Of a DNA stretch of 64,000 nucleotides, positions 47,399 to 60,769 are shown piece by piece. The translations under genes and the position numbers were made by a program. Source of the DNA: the human T2T-CHM13v2.0 reference genome, Homo sapiens; NCBI RefSeq assembly GCF_009914755.1, contig NC_060931.1; one strand, given 5' to 3'. The notes below the pieces were generated by a model. It saw only the letters and a list, made by a program, of their open reading frames with translations. It made no database searches and was not told the origin of the DNA. Position 1 is the stretch's first letter. Each line of letters opens with the position of its first letter.

Positions 47399-50300
47399 AG
47401 GTCAATTCATTTTTAAGGACAACAGCTGCTGTTTGTTTCATGCTTAACACCAACACTCAAAATGACTTATAGTATTTTACAAATTTTACAAATGTTTATA
47501 ATTACTATGAAGATTTACAAAACCCTAAAACCTATAGCAAATATCGAACACTCATTACAAACATTCTAAGTATTTAACTAATTTTAGATAGAAAAAACTC
47601 TAAAATATGTATGGAATTGCCACTTACTAAACAGGCAGACTTTCTGTTCCCTTTTTTCTAGAGCTCTTATTAGTGTTTATCCTTATTTTTAATCCCTGTT
47701 TCTCCAAGTTGATAGCTTTGCTCTGAAATATTCAGTAATTCACACAAAAGAAAAAATTAGCAATATAGAATTATAGACGTGGAATCACGAAGTAAAATCT
47801 TTTTTGTTAACAAATCTGGATCTCTTGCCCAATGGGTGACGTTGTGCTGAAGGAGGAGGTGAATGGGCATTGTTTTATGTCAAAACTAAGTCTATCCACA
47901 GGTCCTCTCCTGTAACAAAGATAGAAGAGGTCTAAAGAAGCAGGAGACCGGCCCTCGATGGAGGTGCCTCTTAGAAATTAGATGAGTGGTTATGATTTTT
48001 GCTCAATGTTGCTAGAGAGCATGGTTTCTCTCCTTCTACAAGAAAGAGAAAAATGGGGAAAATTTGGTGAGATGAAGGGTGAACTCTTAATTCCTCCAAG
48101 TCTTGTAGGTATCTAAGTATGTGCCCTCCCTGAGTTCAGAGAAGATCCATCCATTTTTAATTTTTAAAGCCTGGGCATTTCTCACAACAGATTCTGAATT
48201 TGAATTAATTCTAACCTCAGACAGAACAAAAGACTGGGGATGTATTTTTGTGGTATGTTTTAGATTCTCAAGAAGGACAGAACAGCATAGATTGATTTAT
48301 TTGTATTTTGATAGGGCAGTGAAGATTTATTTTATAGTATGTGAGGGGTGTGTGTGTGTGTGTGTTGGGAGAGAGAGGGAGAAACTGAGAAAATGGTGGG
48401 ACATGAAACATATCCTTGGAAACTGCTTTCTCTCTCCCTTCGTCTTTCTCTCTCCCTCCCTCTTCTTTCCCATTTCTCTTCAGTACTGCCATAAACAGGC
48501 GGGAAGCAAGATTATATACATATATATGTACATATGTGTGTGTATAATTATATGTAAAATTTAGTGGTCTCACCAAATTGTGGACTTGGGCCCTCAAAGT
48601 TTTCTTATCAATTTTCTTTCAAATTAGCATTGAATAAACTTTCTTTGGGTTTGATTTATTTTCCTATAATAAATTTTAGCATTTTATGTAAAATGTTTCT
48701 TTTCTGGTTAATAGTCACTTTATTTTAATCAAACGCTCTTCAGTATATGGACTTCTTATGACTTGTGTCATAGAAAAGCTATTTTCCTCTGCCTATTGCT
48801 TCAGTTACCAAATATTTAGTTTACAAGTTACACCATTGTTATCATCATTAACTACTTGTCTGTGTTATTGCAATTAAAATGATAACTATTTATGTCTTAT
48901 CTGCCTTTTTAATTTTAAAATTCAGATACAGGAGAAAATCCTGCTTTCTTTCTTGTGTGTTAATGGAAGGCAATTTTCAATAAAGTGTACTTAATTGACT
49001 TATTTGTTCAGACATAAACTTTGTAAGGCCCCTGTGATCTGTGTTTGTGGTTCTATTTCTCCAAATTGAGCAGGCTTTTACTGAATATAGTTTTTAAAAA
49101 TACATTTCACTACATAGTCTTTTCAGTTATTATTTAATGGCAGTAATGACCTCCAGTGGATTCTTGGGTAAATAGCAAGTGGAATTTTCAGAGGATGTCA
49201 ATTTTCAGTATATTTGCATTTCTTAGATCTTTTGAAGCATGGTGACTTATCTGAATAAACTTAAATTTTTCTTAAAATATTTATGTATTTGTTCATTTTA
49301 CAATGAAATTGCAAGTGATTATGAGCACTTTAACTTAAATGTATAACCTATAAGCTAACTTTGAAAACTGAAATAAACACTGTTTAAGATTAATATCTAA
49401 ATAAATGTTCATAATGGTTCTCCTGTGTAATCCACTTGCTTTCAATTTTTATTTAGGTGAAAACATCTTACAAAATTTCATATTTTAGAAAGGTAATTGC
49501 TAAATATTTAATAGAAGAAGGAAAGACTTTGATAAATAAACATTCTTAAAAATACAATTGTTTTTTATAACATTTAAGAGAGAGGTAAAAATGCTCTGAA
49601 TATCTCAGTAGTTAAGTGAACTCATGAAACAATTTTCTGTCTCTTAATATAAAAGAGAGAAGAAAATTTGATATTTGAGAGCAAATCACTTTAATATTTT
49701 TTTCACAAATAAAACACGGTTGTTATAGTATATTTTAGATTTCAGCGAAGATTATTTAGAAACTTAAAATTTGGAGCTTTAATAGATTTTCAGTGCTGCA
49801 AAATCTTCATTTTTGACTTGTGAGATAAATTATCTATAAACAATACTTTCATATTAAAGTATGATACAAGGATTAACATGTTTTTTATTTCAGTTATTTG
49901 TTTCTGCAAATGAACTTGATGTATCCATGTACCTACTGATAATCTGCTTTCAAATCTTTCCTAAACAGATATCCGTCTGTAGAGAAAAAAGAAATGTGTG
50001 AGAATATAATTTTTTTTACCACAAGAGGGAAGCAAAAATCTTTTACAGTAGTTAGAATCCTAACTATAACTTCATCTGATTTGACATTCTTTCTGAGATT
50101 TGATATCTTTCTGAGAAGTTACCTTAGTTTTTATTTCCACAGTGAGTGAAAATTAAAGACTGTGTTATAAAGCAAAAATAGTGTGAATGTACTTTAATGA
50201 ATATTTTACGAAGGGCACAAGCCTCAGAATGACATTTTTCCTTTCATGGGTTACAGCACTCACAACACACCTGCTACTTAACACTCATGGCTTAAACAAC

Positions 50301-50790
50301 ACTAATAAAATAATCCTTAAAGAGTACAGAAAGTTCACATGAGAATGCCAAAGTATCTTGTATTCTGCATATCTTACATTGTGATGGAAAAGAAAAATTC
50401 AGAAATATTAAAACATATTTAGTTTTATATTTACCATGATTATAAGTCTCCAATTTTTCTTCAATATTCTAATAATCTTGTCTTCCAAAAGTAAAATAAT
50501 AATTTTCACAGAAAAGCAGCCAAGTACTGAAAATAACAGCTACAGTTGTTTTTTGATAAACATAATGAGAAACCATTAAGCAATGCATTTATTTAAAAAA
50601 TTAGTTAATTTTATGTAAAGTTTATCCAGTCAAATGAGTATGTAGAATAATTTATTATAACACCTTCATAGTCATTCCTGTATTACAGAAATCTCTTTTA
50701 AGTAATGCAAAGAAGTTGGATGATTTATTTTTTTACTTTTTTACTTTCCAAATATAAATTCTTCAAAAGACAGTAGATAGTCTCACCCCA

Positions 50791-51243
50791 TCAGGAGTCC
50801 AGCGTGTGCCTGGGCAGGCGGTAATGCTCAGGTTTGGAACGGAGCTTCTTTTCCTGAGGGTTGGCATACTTCCACTTGGAGGGTGACATTTTAAGCTTTT
50901 TCCTCTTTCTATCTGTGCACCATACTTTCTCGCAGTATTCTTCCACTCTCTGGAAGTTGCTATAACCGATCAGCTGCAAGAATTCCTTGTACCATGGTTT
51001 TGCTCCCTGCGAGATGCTACTCTGAGCAGGACAAGGCATCCTGTGATGCCTGTCCTCCTCATCGTCCTTGTTAAACATATCCTCGACTTTCTCCTCTTCC
51101 ACTACCTCCAAGGTGATTTTACGGACCGTATGGACAAAGCTATGCTCTACTGTCTGGCAAAAATAGGTCCCAGCATCTGATTTGTGTAACCTTAGGAAGA
51201 GTAAACCAAGGTCCATCTTAACCACTCTGTCATCTGTCTTCAC
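50791..51243 (-). CDS. SEMA3E: Semaphorin-3E, last coding exon (end of Ig-like domain plus basic C-terminal tail; 150 aa + stop)
   Basis: Translation VKTDDRVVKMDLGLLFLRLHKSDAGTYFCQTVEH…KPWYKEFLQLIGYSNFQRVEEYCEKVWC…RLPRHTLDS matches the SEMA3E C-terminus; Ig DAGTYxC motif; phase-0 acceptor TTTTTGTTTTTGCAG|GTG. Confidence 0.96.
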   Translation of the reverse strand: MKTDDRVVKMDLGLLFLRLHKSDAGTYFCQTVEHSFVHTVRKITLEVVEEEKVEDMFNKDDEEDRHHRMPCPAQSSISQGAKPWYKEFLQLIGYSNFQRVEEYCEKVWCTDRKRKKLKMSPSKWKYANPQEKKLRSKPEHYRLPRHTLDS

Positions 51244-51265
51244 CTGCAAAAACAAAAAAGTAAAT
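51244..51265 (-). promoter_or_regulatory. 3' splice acceptor and polypyrimidine tract of the last SEMA3E intron
   Basis: Minus strand reads …TTTACTTTTTTGTTTTTGCAG immediately before GTG AAG ACA GAT. Confidence 0.92.
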
Positions 51266-51398
51266 GGCACTGAAGTACACAGGAGAGAAAATAACAATCC
51301 ATCACCCTTTCCACTACCTATCTTGAATTTTTTCATTTTCACTGTCACATAATGAAACCCTGAAAATCATACATACACAAAAATGCTAAATAATTACA

Positions 51399-51407
51399 TC
51401 TCTCTCT

Positions 51408-51438
<31 letters not shown>
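51399..51438. repeat. Compound (TC)6(TG)14 microsatellite
   Basis: Read directly. Confidence 0.92.
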
Positions 51439-51441
<3 letters not shown>

Positions 51442-54203
51442 TCTGAAGATATTTACATTGGTGGTCACTTCATGTCAATGACCTTGAGATCATTTTATAT
51501 CAATACTGTAAAGTAAGAGGGTTTTCTCCCTAATGATTCAATTAATCATTAGAAAAAATACATTTCAATATAGCAGTCACAGTAAGAGTGAAAGGAAAAT
51601 TTCTAAAATTTATTTTTTAACATTTGTTTTTCAATGGACAGAACAAATACCACTTCCCACATTCTTTCAGGAATGATTATGCCCTCCAGATGGTAGTGAC
51701 CAATGTTTCTACAAGGACCTCTCTTTGGAGAACTGGGCTCCTTTCACTTTGTCGTCTTACAAAAAAATTCATCAGTTAATCAGTTCAGTGAACATCCCTT
51801 ACATTTTCATAGGCTGTCCTTTACAAGAGATTAAAAAATAAACAAGTAAAATCCAGTTCCTGCTCTAAAGGATCAGACGGAATAGCAAATATTAAGTTTT
51901 AATATACCTTCAGTGCTCAAATATCTTTTGTCATGTATTTGATATAATACTCACATTATTTCTATAAATAAATAATTATAATTCAGAGTAAGAAGAGCAA
52001 GATAAGGCTTTCAACGAATAGCTCATGTTTTATCACAAATAGCTGGACTAGTAAGTAAATGATTTGACATTAGGCAGAGTTAGAGTCAAATATTGCCACC
52101 ACTATTTATTGTGTGATTTAGGGCATTCATGTATGTTTCTTGCCTTAGTTTTCTTTGTAAAGTGGAGATAACTTAATAACCTGAAAAATTGTTGTGAAGA
52201 TTAAAGAAAATAGGTGAGGATTTTTTGCACAGTGCTATCAATAGCTACCTCTACCTTTCTACTATACATTCATCTAACCAAAAACAATCATGTTTTCCTG
52301 TGGCCCAGGATCTTACGATAATGGTATAAAGGTGGTTCACAGTATGCTGACAGATTTCACCTTTGAGAATACAAAAATGAAAGCAATATTCTTCTTTGTC
52401 AATATAAAAGAAATGTAGAGGCAATAATTACAAACAATTTGGCAATAAAGGCTATTAATGATAAGCATGTTTTTGTCCCTGTGATAGGTCCTGGCCAGGC
52501 ATGCCAGACTCAGCTCTTTCCTGCCTTGATGAGACCTGGCATAGATGAAGTTTCAATGTGATTACTCAGGTGTAGAAACTGGTATCCACAAACCACGATT
52601 TGTGGAACAGATGGCAAAATGTAGTAATATAGTAAGAAATAGGGATGTTATTTTTAAGTTATGTGGTGCCCCAAAGGCATTTTTTTCAGCCATTATAAGT
52701 AAGTTAATAACTCAGAAGCTTCAGAGTGTCCTAGTTGGGCTAATAAAAGAGTCTCCATAAGTCTTTTGCAGGTGCTTCCCTTGACTTGGTGGGACCATGT
52801 CCTGGTAGGCAGAATGCTGTAGCCATTAACTGGAGAGTGAAATCCTCCAGTGAGGAACCAAGAAGACCCTCAAAGCAAAATCATCTTCACCACATAGAAA
52901 CAATCTGTTTTACTGATACATTTTTCTCAGAATATCCTTAGCAACTGTTATAGGCAACTAACTTTTAAAGGACTTTGTGTACCTCTGCTTGTTTACTCAT
53001 GCCTCCAGGCCAGGCTTCTGAACAAACTTATTTTCCAGCACTAGCTTTCTCCATAACTTTACCATCTATTGCAACCTATGACCACCCCGTGCCTCACATG
53101 ATACTGACTCTGAAGTAAGCCTCCAGTGTTTTAAAATTTATCGCTGCATTTGATATGGATGAAATCTGCCTCCTTAAACATCTTTTATTTTCTGTGAGGT
53201 ATGTGCCATTATACTGTCCTTATTTTCCTTACTCTTTCTTGGTTTCTTCTGCAGATTTCTCATTACCTTAAGGTGCAATCCTCCATCCTTCACTGATCTT
53301 ACATTTTATTTCCATCCATTTGATAGTACTTTTATTCCTTTGTTTCAGCCAGCTTCCCTAAAATGGTACATCTTACACATAGATAATCCATTGTTTTGTG
53401 TTTTCTGTTAGTTAAAAACCAAAAACAATGGATTTGGTGTTTTTAATTAAAGAAACATAAATAACCCTTTAATATGTACAATTCAGTATCTTCCCACTCA
53501 AACTGCCCTCCATTTACTAACTTTCCTATTTCTGGCCATGACATCATTATTCTTCTAGTCTCCCTATCCTCAATTGCTGATCGTTTATACTTCTCTCTCA
53601 TTATATGCTATCACAAATTCCTATTTACATTTCTTCAGTGGTGACCCTTAAAACACCCCTTCCTCATCACCATTTTTGCTGCAATGTTAAATTCTCATAC
53701 CTTATAACTGTCTCTTTGACCTTATCTCATGACAAACTCTCCAAATCTTCCCTTTTTTTCTGTTTCTTCTTTCATACCCAGCTTGATTCTGTTTCAGGAT
53801 CTCTGTGTATATCTCTGCCTTCAGATACTTCTTTAAGGCTGATTAATTCTCATCCTGCGTAACTGAATTAAATATCATCTTCCCAAACTGGCCTTTCTCA
53901 CACCCTGTAAAAGTGTCCTCCCTCCTTTATTACCTTCGTTTCGCCTGTTAACCTTCATATACTTGAGCATGCAACATTACATACAAGTATCTAACAATAG
54001 TCCTTCAATTAAATTTCTTGTGTCATCTTTCCCCCCTTATTTCAACAAATGGATACTAATTTACTCTTCTTTAAAGCTCACTTTCTTTTGTCAACATCCT
54101 GATTTAGAACTTATTCAGATCTCTATTTCTTGCCTGAGCAGTAAGAATTGCTCCATTAACCAGATCCTGCTTTTGTAAATCTAGAACCCAAAATTGCTTA
54201 ATG

Positions 54204-55789
54204 TAGTGTTTCTCAAACTAGCGTTGGTGGAAGAGGTGCATTTGTGGGGATGTGGAGATCAGCTCTTTTTTCTATAGGGATTTTTTAAATTATTGTGTTT
54301 ATTGACACAAAAATCAATATGAATTAATAAACTATATTTGGAATCATGTGAAAGATCAATCTCAGTGTTAGTGTTTATGTTTATCATAGATTCTGAACCA
54401 CTTTCAAAGCCATGTTCCCAAATGATAAAAAGAACAAAGATGGTATAATATGTTAATGATAAGTTACAGCGAAATGAAAATGAAACAACATCCCCATGTA
54501 GTAATACACATAAAAAGTTTCAAGGTCACTTGAATAAAGTGTTGGGAGGATGGAGTCATCACATGGTATAGCTACAGGCAGAAAGTGTTATACATACACA
54601 TATGTGGCAATCTGTGTCTCATCTTACAACCATAGAGATACATATTTCAGTAAAAACAAAACACACAGTAAATAAACATTTTAATGATGCGTCAATTTGT
54701 TTATAATTTATCTTTAATTTTGGTTCAATATTTTAATAAAAGCTACAAGCGTAAGGAATGTATGTGTTGTTTTATTCTTGTGAATATTTAATGAACATAT
54801 TAATATAAATCGTGCTAGCAGCCCAGGAAGATGTTTCACTTTTAAGGGCAGGTGGTGGGGGCAACCTGTACATTACCAGAATCAACCCCTCCTTTTCATA
54901 ATTCTTTATGCTGCCATTCCCGTGTATCGCCACCCTGCTTTCCACTCACAGCTCTTACTCTGAACATACTCTTTTTCCCTTAAATAAACTCCTTTCTACT
55001 GTCTACCAATCCATTTGTTTTTTCATTTCCTTCCAGGCTTAACTAAACTTTCCCTTCCTTTATAAATACTTCCTTTATAGCCCCTAAAGGTATTTTGCTT
55101 CTTTTTGTAACACAATACCATTTACATTTGTAGCACAAAAGCTGTTATTTATATTTCTTTTCAAATTATTTTTCCACACAAGTTTCATCTCTTCAAACAT
55201 ATAAGTTTTTAAAGGGCAAAGACCTATTTCTTTATTCTTCTGAATTATCCTATAATGAGTAAAGAATTCAGAAGATAGTGTAAAATGAGAACATACTAAT
55301 TCATTTTTAGAGCACAAACATGTATAGCAATGGGGTATATCCATACAGACATATCCAAAAGATATTAAAAACTTCCAGGTAAATCCAATAATAATTTGAA
55401 TAAGAAGGAGCAAACATGGTTTCAGGAGCACTTAGTAACTGATGAAAGAGGGCTACATCACAGATACGTCTTAGGACATTGCCTTTACCTGAAAAAAAAA
55501 ATGCATACAAACATCCTTATTGAATATGATCTTTTGTTGTCTCTGTTATATCTCCTGTGAGAGTGAATAATACATGAGAAAATATTAAAGTGATCTAGCC
55601 TAGTTTCCAGCATATAGCAAGCAGTTTATGAAAGTGATTTAAAAGAAAGCAAAAAGCAAAACTAAAAATAAATACAAATTCTTGACCACTAGAATTAGGG
55701 TTGTTTGTTTGTTGCTTGTTTTTTCAAGTTTGGTAAGTTAAAAAAGCAGGGTTTAAAAAAAATCAGAAACCCAAGTTTGAGAAACACTG
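54204..55789. mobile_element. Possible ancient hAT-Charlie element defined by 16-bp terminal inverted repeats
   Basis: TAGTGTTTCTCAAACT (54204-19) and AGTTTGAGAAACACTG (55774-89) are 15/16 reverse-complementary and Charlie-like; no TSD preserved. Confidence 0.45.
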
Positions 55790-57121
55790 TATTATGTACA
55801 TATAAAGTCCAGATTGGTCAAGATACAAGATACGGAATCATGACAATTACCATAGAAATTGTCCTACATTGTTTATTTCCATGTTAGAGATAGTGCCTCT
55901 CAGAATTTTGATCTACACTCTTGGTTATGACAAATACACATTACAAAGACAGGAATATAAGCTGTTTTCATGCTCGGTCTGGAGGGCCATACATTATGTA
56001 GGTTAAATCACCTAGAAAGTTAGAGGTATCTTACATGGACTATAAATACCCAAAAATATAAAATGACTTAGAAATTTGTATCTGAAGTTCTTCCACAATT
56101 TAGTCTTTCCCTGTCAGTTTACTTGGGTACCTCCAACATCAAATCTTGATTACAGAATTGTTTTCATCCATCTGTGTTTTTTTCTACGTCTGCAGACCAG
56201 ATTTTCTCTGTCAAGAAGATAGTGCATAATACATCATTTCTATCAAATATTCTTATAGGCAATCTATATAAATACAAAATTTTTGCTGAAAACGGTTTTA
56301 TTATTCTTAGCTATAAAGATTGATTATGTTTTATAATTTCTAGTAAAAAAAAAAGTAATTGAACAAAGAACTCTGAACATCTGGTAGCTGGTCAGGAAGA
56401 AGCAGTTATTTCCATGTCTACCAACCATATGGTTCCATACTTTCACAGGAAAAGGACAGACATAGGCCTTGAATTGATTTAGTTGAGAATACATTTAATA
56501 ATAAAATCAGTTTTAGTTAAGAAATAGAGGAAACAATTTATATATTTGTTTGTTTATTTATCTGGCCTGCCTTTGACCAATTTTATACATATACACACAT
56601 ACATATGTATATATATTTATTTATTTTACTTACAGAAAATATACCTAATATGACAGAGCATAAAAATAGAAATTTATTTTATTAAAAACACTTTCCAACA
56701 TAAACCTGATATATGATACTGATGGTTACCTAGTAGACAGGATGAATTGTTTAAAAGCTCATTCGGGGAAACCTATCACACTACGTGGAGAAGAACAAAT
56801 GTGGAAAAACAACGCTTATTTTAATACAAGATTATGCAGGAAAGAAAGTCATTATAAATAACTCAAAACCATAACATGTAAAACATGTTATATTCAAAAA
56901 CATACACGATATCAAAGGAGAAATTTAGGGCATTTATATTCAAGAATGAATTAATGTCTAGAAGAGGCAAAAGAGTTTTTCAAGTCAACAAAAAGAGAAA
57001 TAAAAAAGAAAAAATGGAAAAAGCATATAAATGGGCACTTCAGAGAAGGAGAAACCCAAATGTTTAGTAAGAATGCAAGTTAACATTCAACCTCACTAGT
57101 AAGGTTAGAAACTCAAATTTA

Positions 57122-57434
<313 letters not shown>

Positions 57435-60400
57435 AGAAATTCAAATTTAAACAAGACGTTACCCTATAGCCAGAAGAAAGACAAAACTTAGAAAACAAGA
57501 TAATACCAAATGTTGGTGAGCATGTGGGGAAACAGGAACCCACATGAACTGCTTTGGGAGTCCAGATGGCACAGATATCCTGAGAGCAAGCTGACAATAA
57601 TTACATAAATGAAGGATGCTGACAAATAATAATGCAGAAACTTCCACTCAGATCTATAAGGGGTTATTTGCAGAGATGACTGTCAAAGATGTGATAGCAG
57701 GAGTTAATTACACTCTGGATGTCCACATTTAGGGGAATTAAGAATGAATTAAGAGCAATGTATGCATGCTATGGTATGTTAAGTAACAGTCAAGCAATGA
57801 AATAGAGACACAAACAGCAACAGGGATAAACTGTAAAAACATAGTGCTGAGTTCACAAAGTAAGAAGGAGAATATAATCTATAATATAATACATTTACTT
57901 TTACAGTTCATGCATACTCAATATGTTATATACCTGTTCAATTTGCAAACATACTATTGGACTTATTCCAATCATTCAACAGATGCATATGGAGAAACAA
58001 GGATGAAAGTAGAAAAAGGAGGTCCAGGAAAAACAAAATCAAACAAGAGAAATTTGTATAAACCAATCATCACAATGTACCATAAACTAAATCGTATGAT
58101 TAAGTAAATTATGCATCTGAAGTGAAAAAAAACAAGAGCCAAAATCAAGCAAGCAAAAAATAAAAACCAAAAACAAAAACTCCTGTTGTTTGTAATGATT
58201 AATGCGGTTTGACAACCAATAAACTAAGTTTGTAAAGAGAGGTTTGTGATTAATGGTTTATTCAAATTTTCCATAGATAAGAATCTCAGACTGAAGAGAA
58301 ATTAAGTTTAAAAAGAATGAAGGTAAAGACAATGTTTGAAAACAAAATTGCACAATATAAGGAACTGTACAACAACTATAATTGAAGTAGAAATTCAATA
58401 CTAAATTTCCTAGTAACCAAAGGAAAGAAGAAAGTATGATAAATCCTAAGATTTAAAATGTCTCTAAAATATATTTTTAAAATTACTCCTTATGATAAGT
58501 ACATCTTTCCTGGCACTGAGACTTGAGAAAAATCTCTCTGCATGTCCTTATAAAAAGAGAGGGAGGTTTCCAACAACAGCACCATAATAAATACATTTCC
58601 TTTAGGCAACATCTCAGTGTAGGGTGAAGAGATAATGCCTGATAATAGTTCAATATTATAGCTATTCTGTAGAGTTAAAACAATGTAGTCCAGATATACA
58701 GTTCTATACTGGGATATCTTCATGCACACGCATATTTTTATGATCTGGAAGACCATATAAATTATAATTTATACTAGAACAAAAGGAACTTGCAAGTGAA
58801 AGGAATTGGTATTTTGGAGTATCTACTGTACATGTGTGCATTGGGCTTTCTGCATTACCATGTTATCCGGTTTAATCAGATGCACAAAGCTAGAATGGTG
58901 TCAGTGGCATGAGACTTAGATCCATAACTGATACCATAGATCTAAGAGAAAATGTTTTAATTTTGAAATATACTCAATATTCTCCTGGAAAATTAACAGA
59001 ACAGAGTTCAGTTAAAAACTCTAGATTCATTCCTCTTGTTATGACCATAAGTTGTTTTATATTCTCCATTTATACAATAGGAACTCTGTCTCTGCCATTG
59101 TAAAAGCAAGAAACATGAAATTAATGGGCTAGCCTCCTAATTATTGTGCAACTAAAAAATGAGATAAATGATATTATACAAATATGTTTGTCAAGGCTAG
59201 AAAAGTAAATTCTGAATATTTACCTGTTGTAAAGAGTTGTTAGTTTAGAAAGATGAGCACATTTTTTAAATAGACTGAAAAAGAATGCCAAAACTACGAA
59301 ACAGATGGTTCAAATGAGGCAAGAGTTCATGCACTTTACATTATAAAAACAAGAAAAACAAAGAAATAATATTAATGGGGAACAAAAACTGATGCTTTCA
59401 GTGTTGTGCATAAAGATAAAAATGTAAACTTATGGCTGGCTTTGATCCCTTGGAGTTACTACCATAGGATAGCATTGGTAAAAGTTAGGAAAATATGAGT
59501 CATGTAACAAACAAAATGGTAAAATAAAAAGGAGATTTTACTTCATAATTCTCCTAGCTTCGATGACATAACCCAATATTAAAAGTTGTAATTTGTGCAC
59601 TCCATTTTTCATTGTTTCATTTTTGTAGAAGCTGTCTCCATAACGCATTGAATTATCAATAAAATTATGTTTTATTTTAGACTATAGAAACTTAGCACAG
59701 AGGCAATGAACTCTAAGTTATGTGGAATGAGCTGCTCATTGATAAGCTAACCATGGTTATTAGATTACTCAACAGCGTTTAATTGACTTTGGTGAATTTA
59801 TTCTACCTTGTAAGTAGTCTGAAGGCAGAGTTGAAAAATGCCAATTTTGGTATTGAGTAAAACAAAAAATTTATAGCAAAGCACAATTAAAGTTTAAGAG
59901 TTTTTCTGTCAATATACATTCTTTTTTGCATTTACTACAATAAACATGCATATTTGTGCATTATGTAAGCAGTCTATATAATGCATACAATTAACTATTT
60001 TAAAGTGATACACTTTATTTTTAAGACACAGAAACACATATTTCCTCTTAAATAGAGAATCCACAATAAAAAGATCAATAATGATCATGGAAAAAATAAT
60101 TCTTTCATGCTTACCAAAGAGATCTACAAATTATAATGCTGGTCTTATGGGCCAGCAGTTTTCTTGTCTGCCTTACACCACCCCAAAATAGGCATAGATG
60201 ATATTTTATGTGTCTTGAGTTTGCCCCCAAATTCCCCTACAGGAGATTTGTGTAAATTGATTTAACTCACTCCTAGAACTCAATCTCATTTATTGTGTCT
60301 TTGGGATATACTTAGATTTTGTCAGCAAATGACTGAACTCCAAAAGAATGTATTCCAAGAAATTATTCACATTGCTTGATTTTATTGAAAATCCATTGCA

Positions 60401-60548
60401 ATGAAATTTTAGTTTTAGTTTCAGAACAAAGTGAGAGCTAACTTTTGCACAAAAAGACTTTTTCCCCCCAAAATAGAGGCATTTTTCACAATAATATTCA
60501 TTTTATAGGGCTTTACTTGTGTATGCATTTTCATTTCAGCCTTTAAAT

Positions 60549-60769
60549 CAGGGATCAAAAACTTTTTCTGTAAAGAGCTATATAGTGAATAATTTTGGCT
60601 TTGCAAGTCCTGTGGTCTCTGTTGTAGCTACTCGACTTTGCAGTTGTAGCCTAAAAACAGCCACAGACATTAGGTAAACAAATGGGTGTGGCAGTTTTCA
60701 AATACAGTTTTATTTACGATAGGCAGAGGGCCAGATTTGGCCCCCAAGTCTTTGGTTTTTCAATTTCTG
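60549..60769. mobile_element. MER58A (hAT-Charlie) MITE
   Basis: CAGGGATCAAAAACTTTTTCTGTAAAG … GGGCCAGATTTGGCCC … CTG; perfect 8-bp TSD CTTTAAAT at 60541-48 and 60770-77. Confidence 0.9.

Noticed and set aside
48121-48597. 147-aa (+) and 109-aa (-) ORFs in the SEMA3E 3' UTR
   Set aside because: They run through (GT)n, (GA)n and (TA)n low-complexity tracts; non-ATG starts; no protein signature.
51244-51348. N-terminal 35 aa of the 185-aa ORF (MTVKMKKFK…FLFLQ)
   Set aside because: Intronic read-through: it contains the polypyrimidine tract and CAG acceptor, and semaphorin homology starts at VKTDD.
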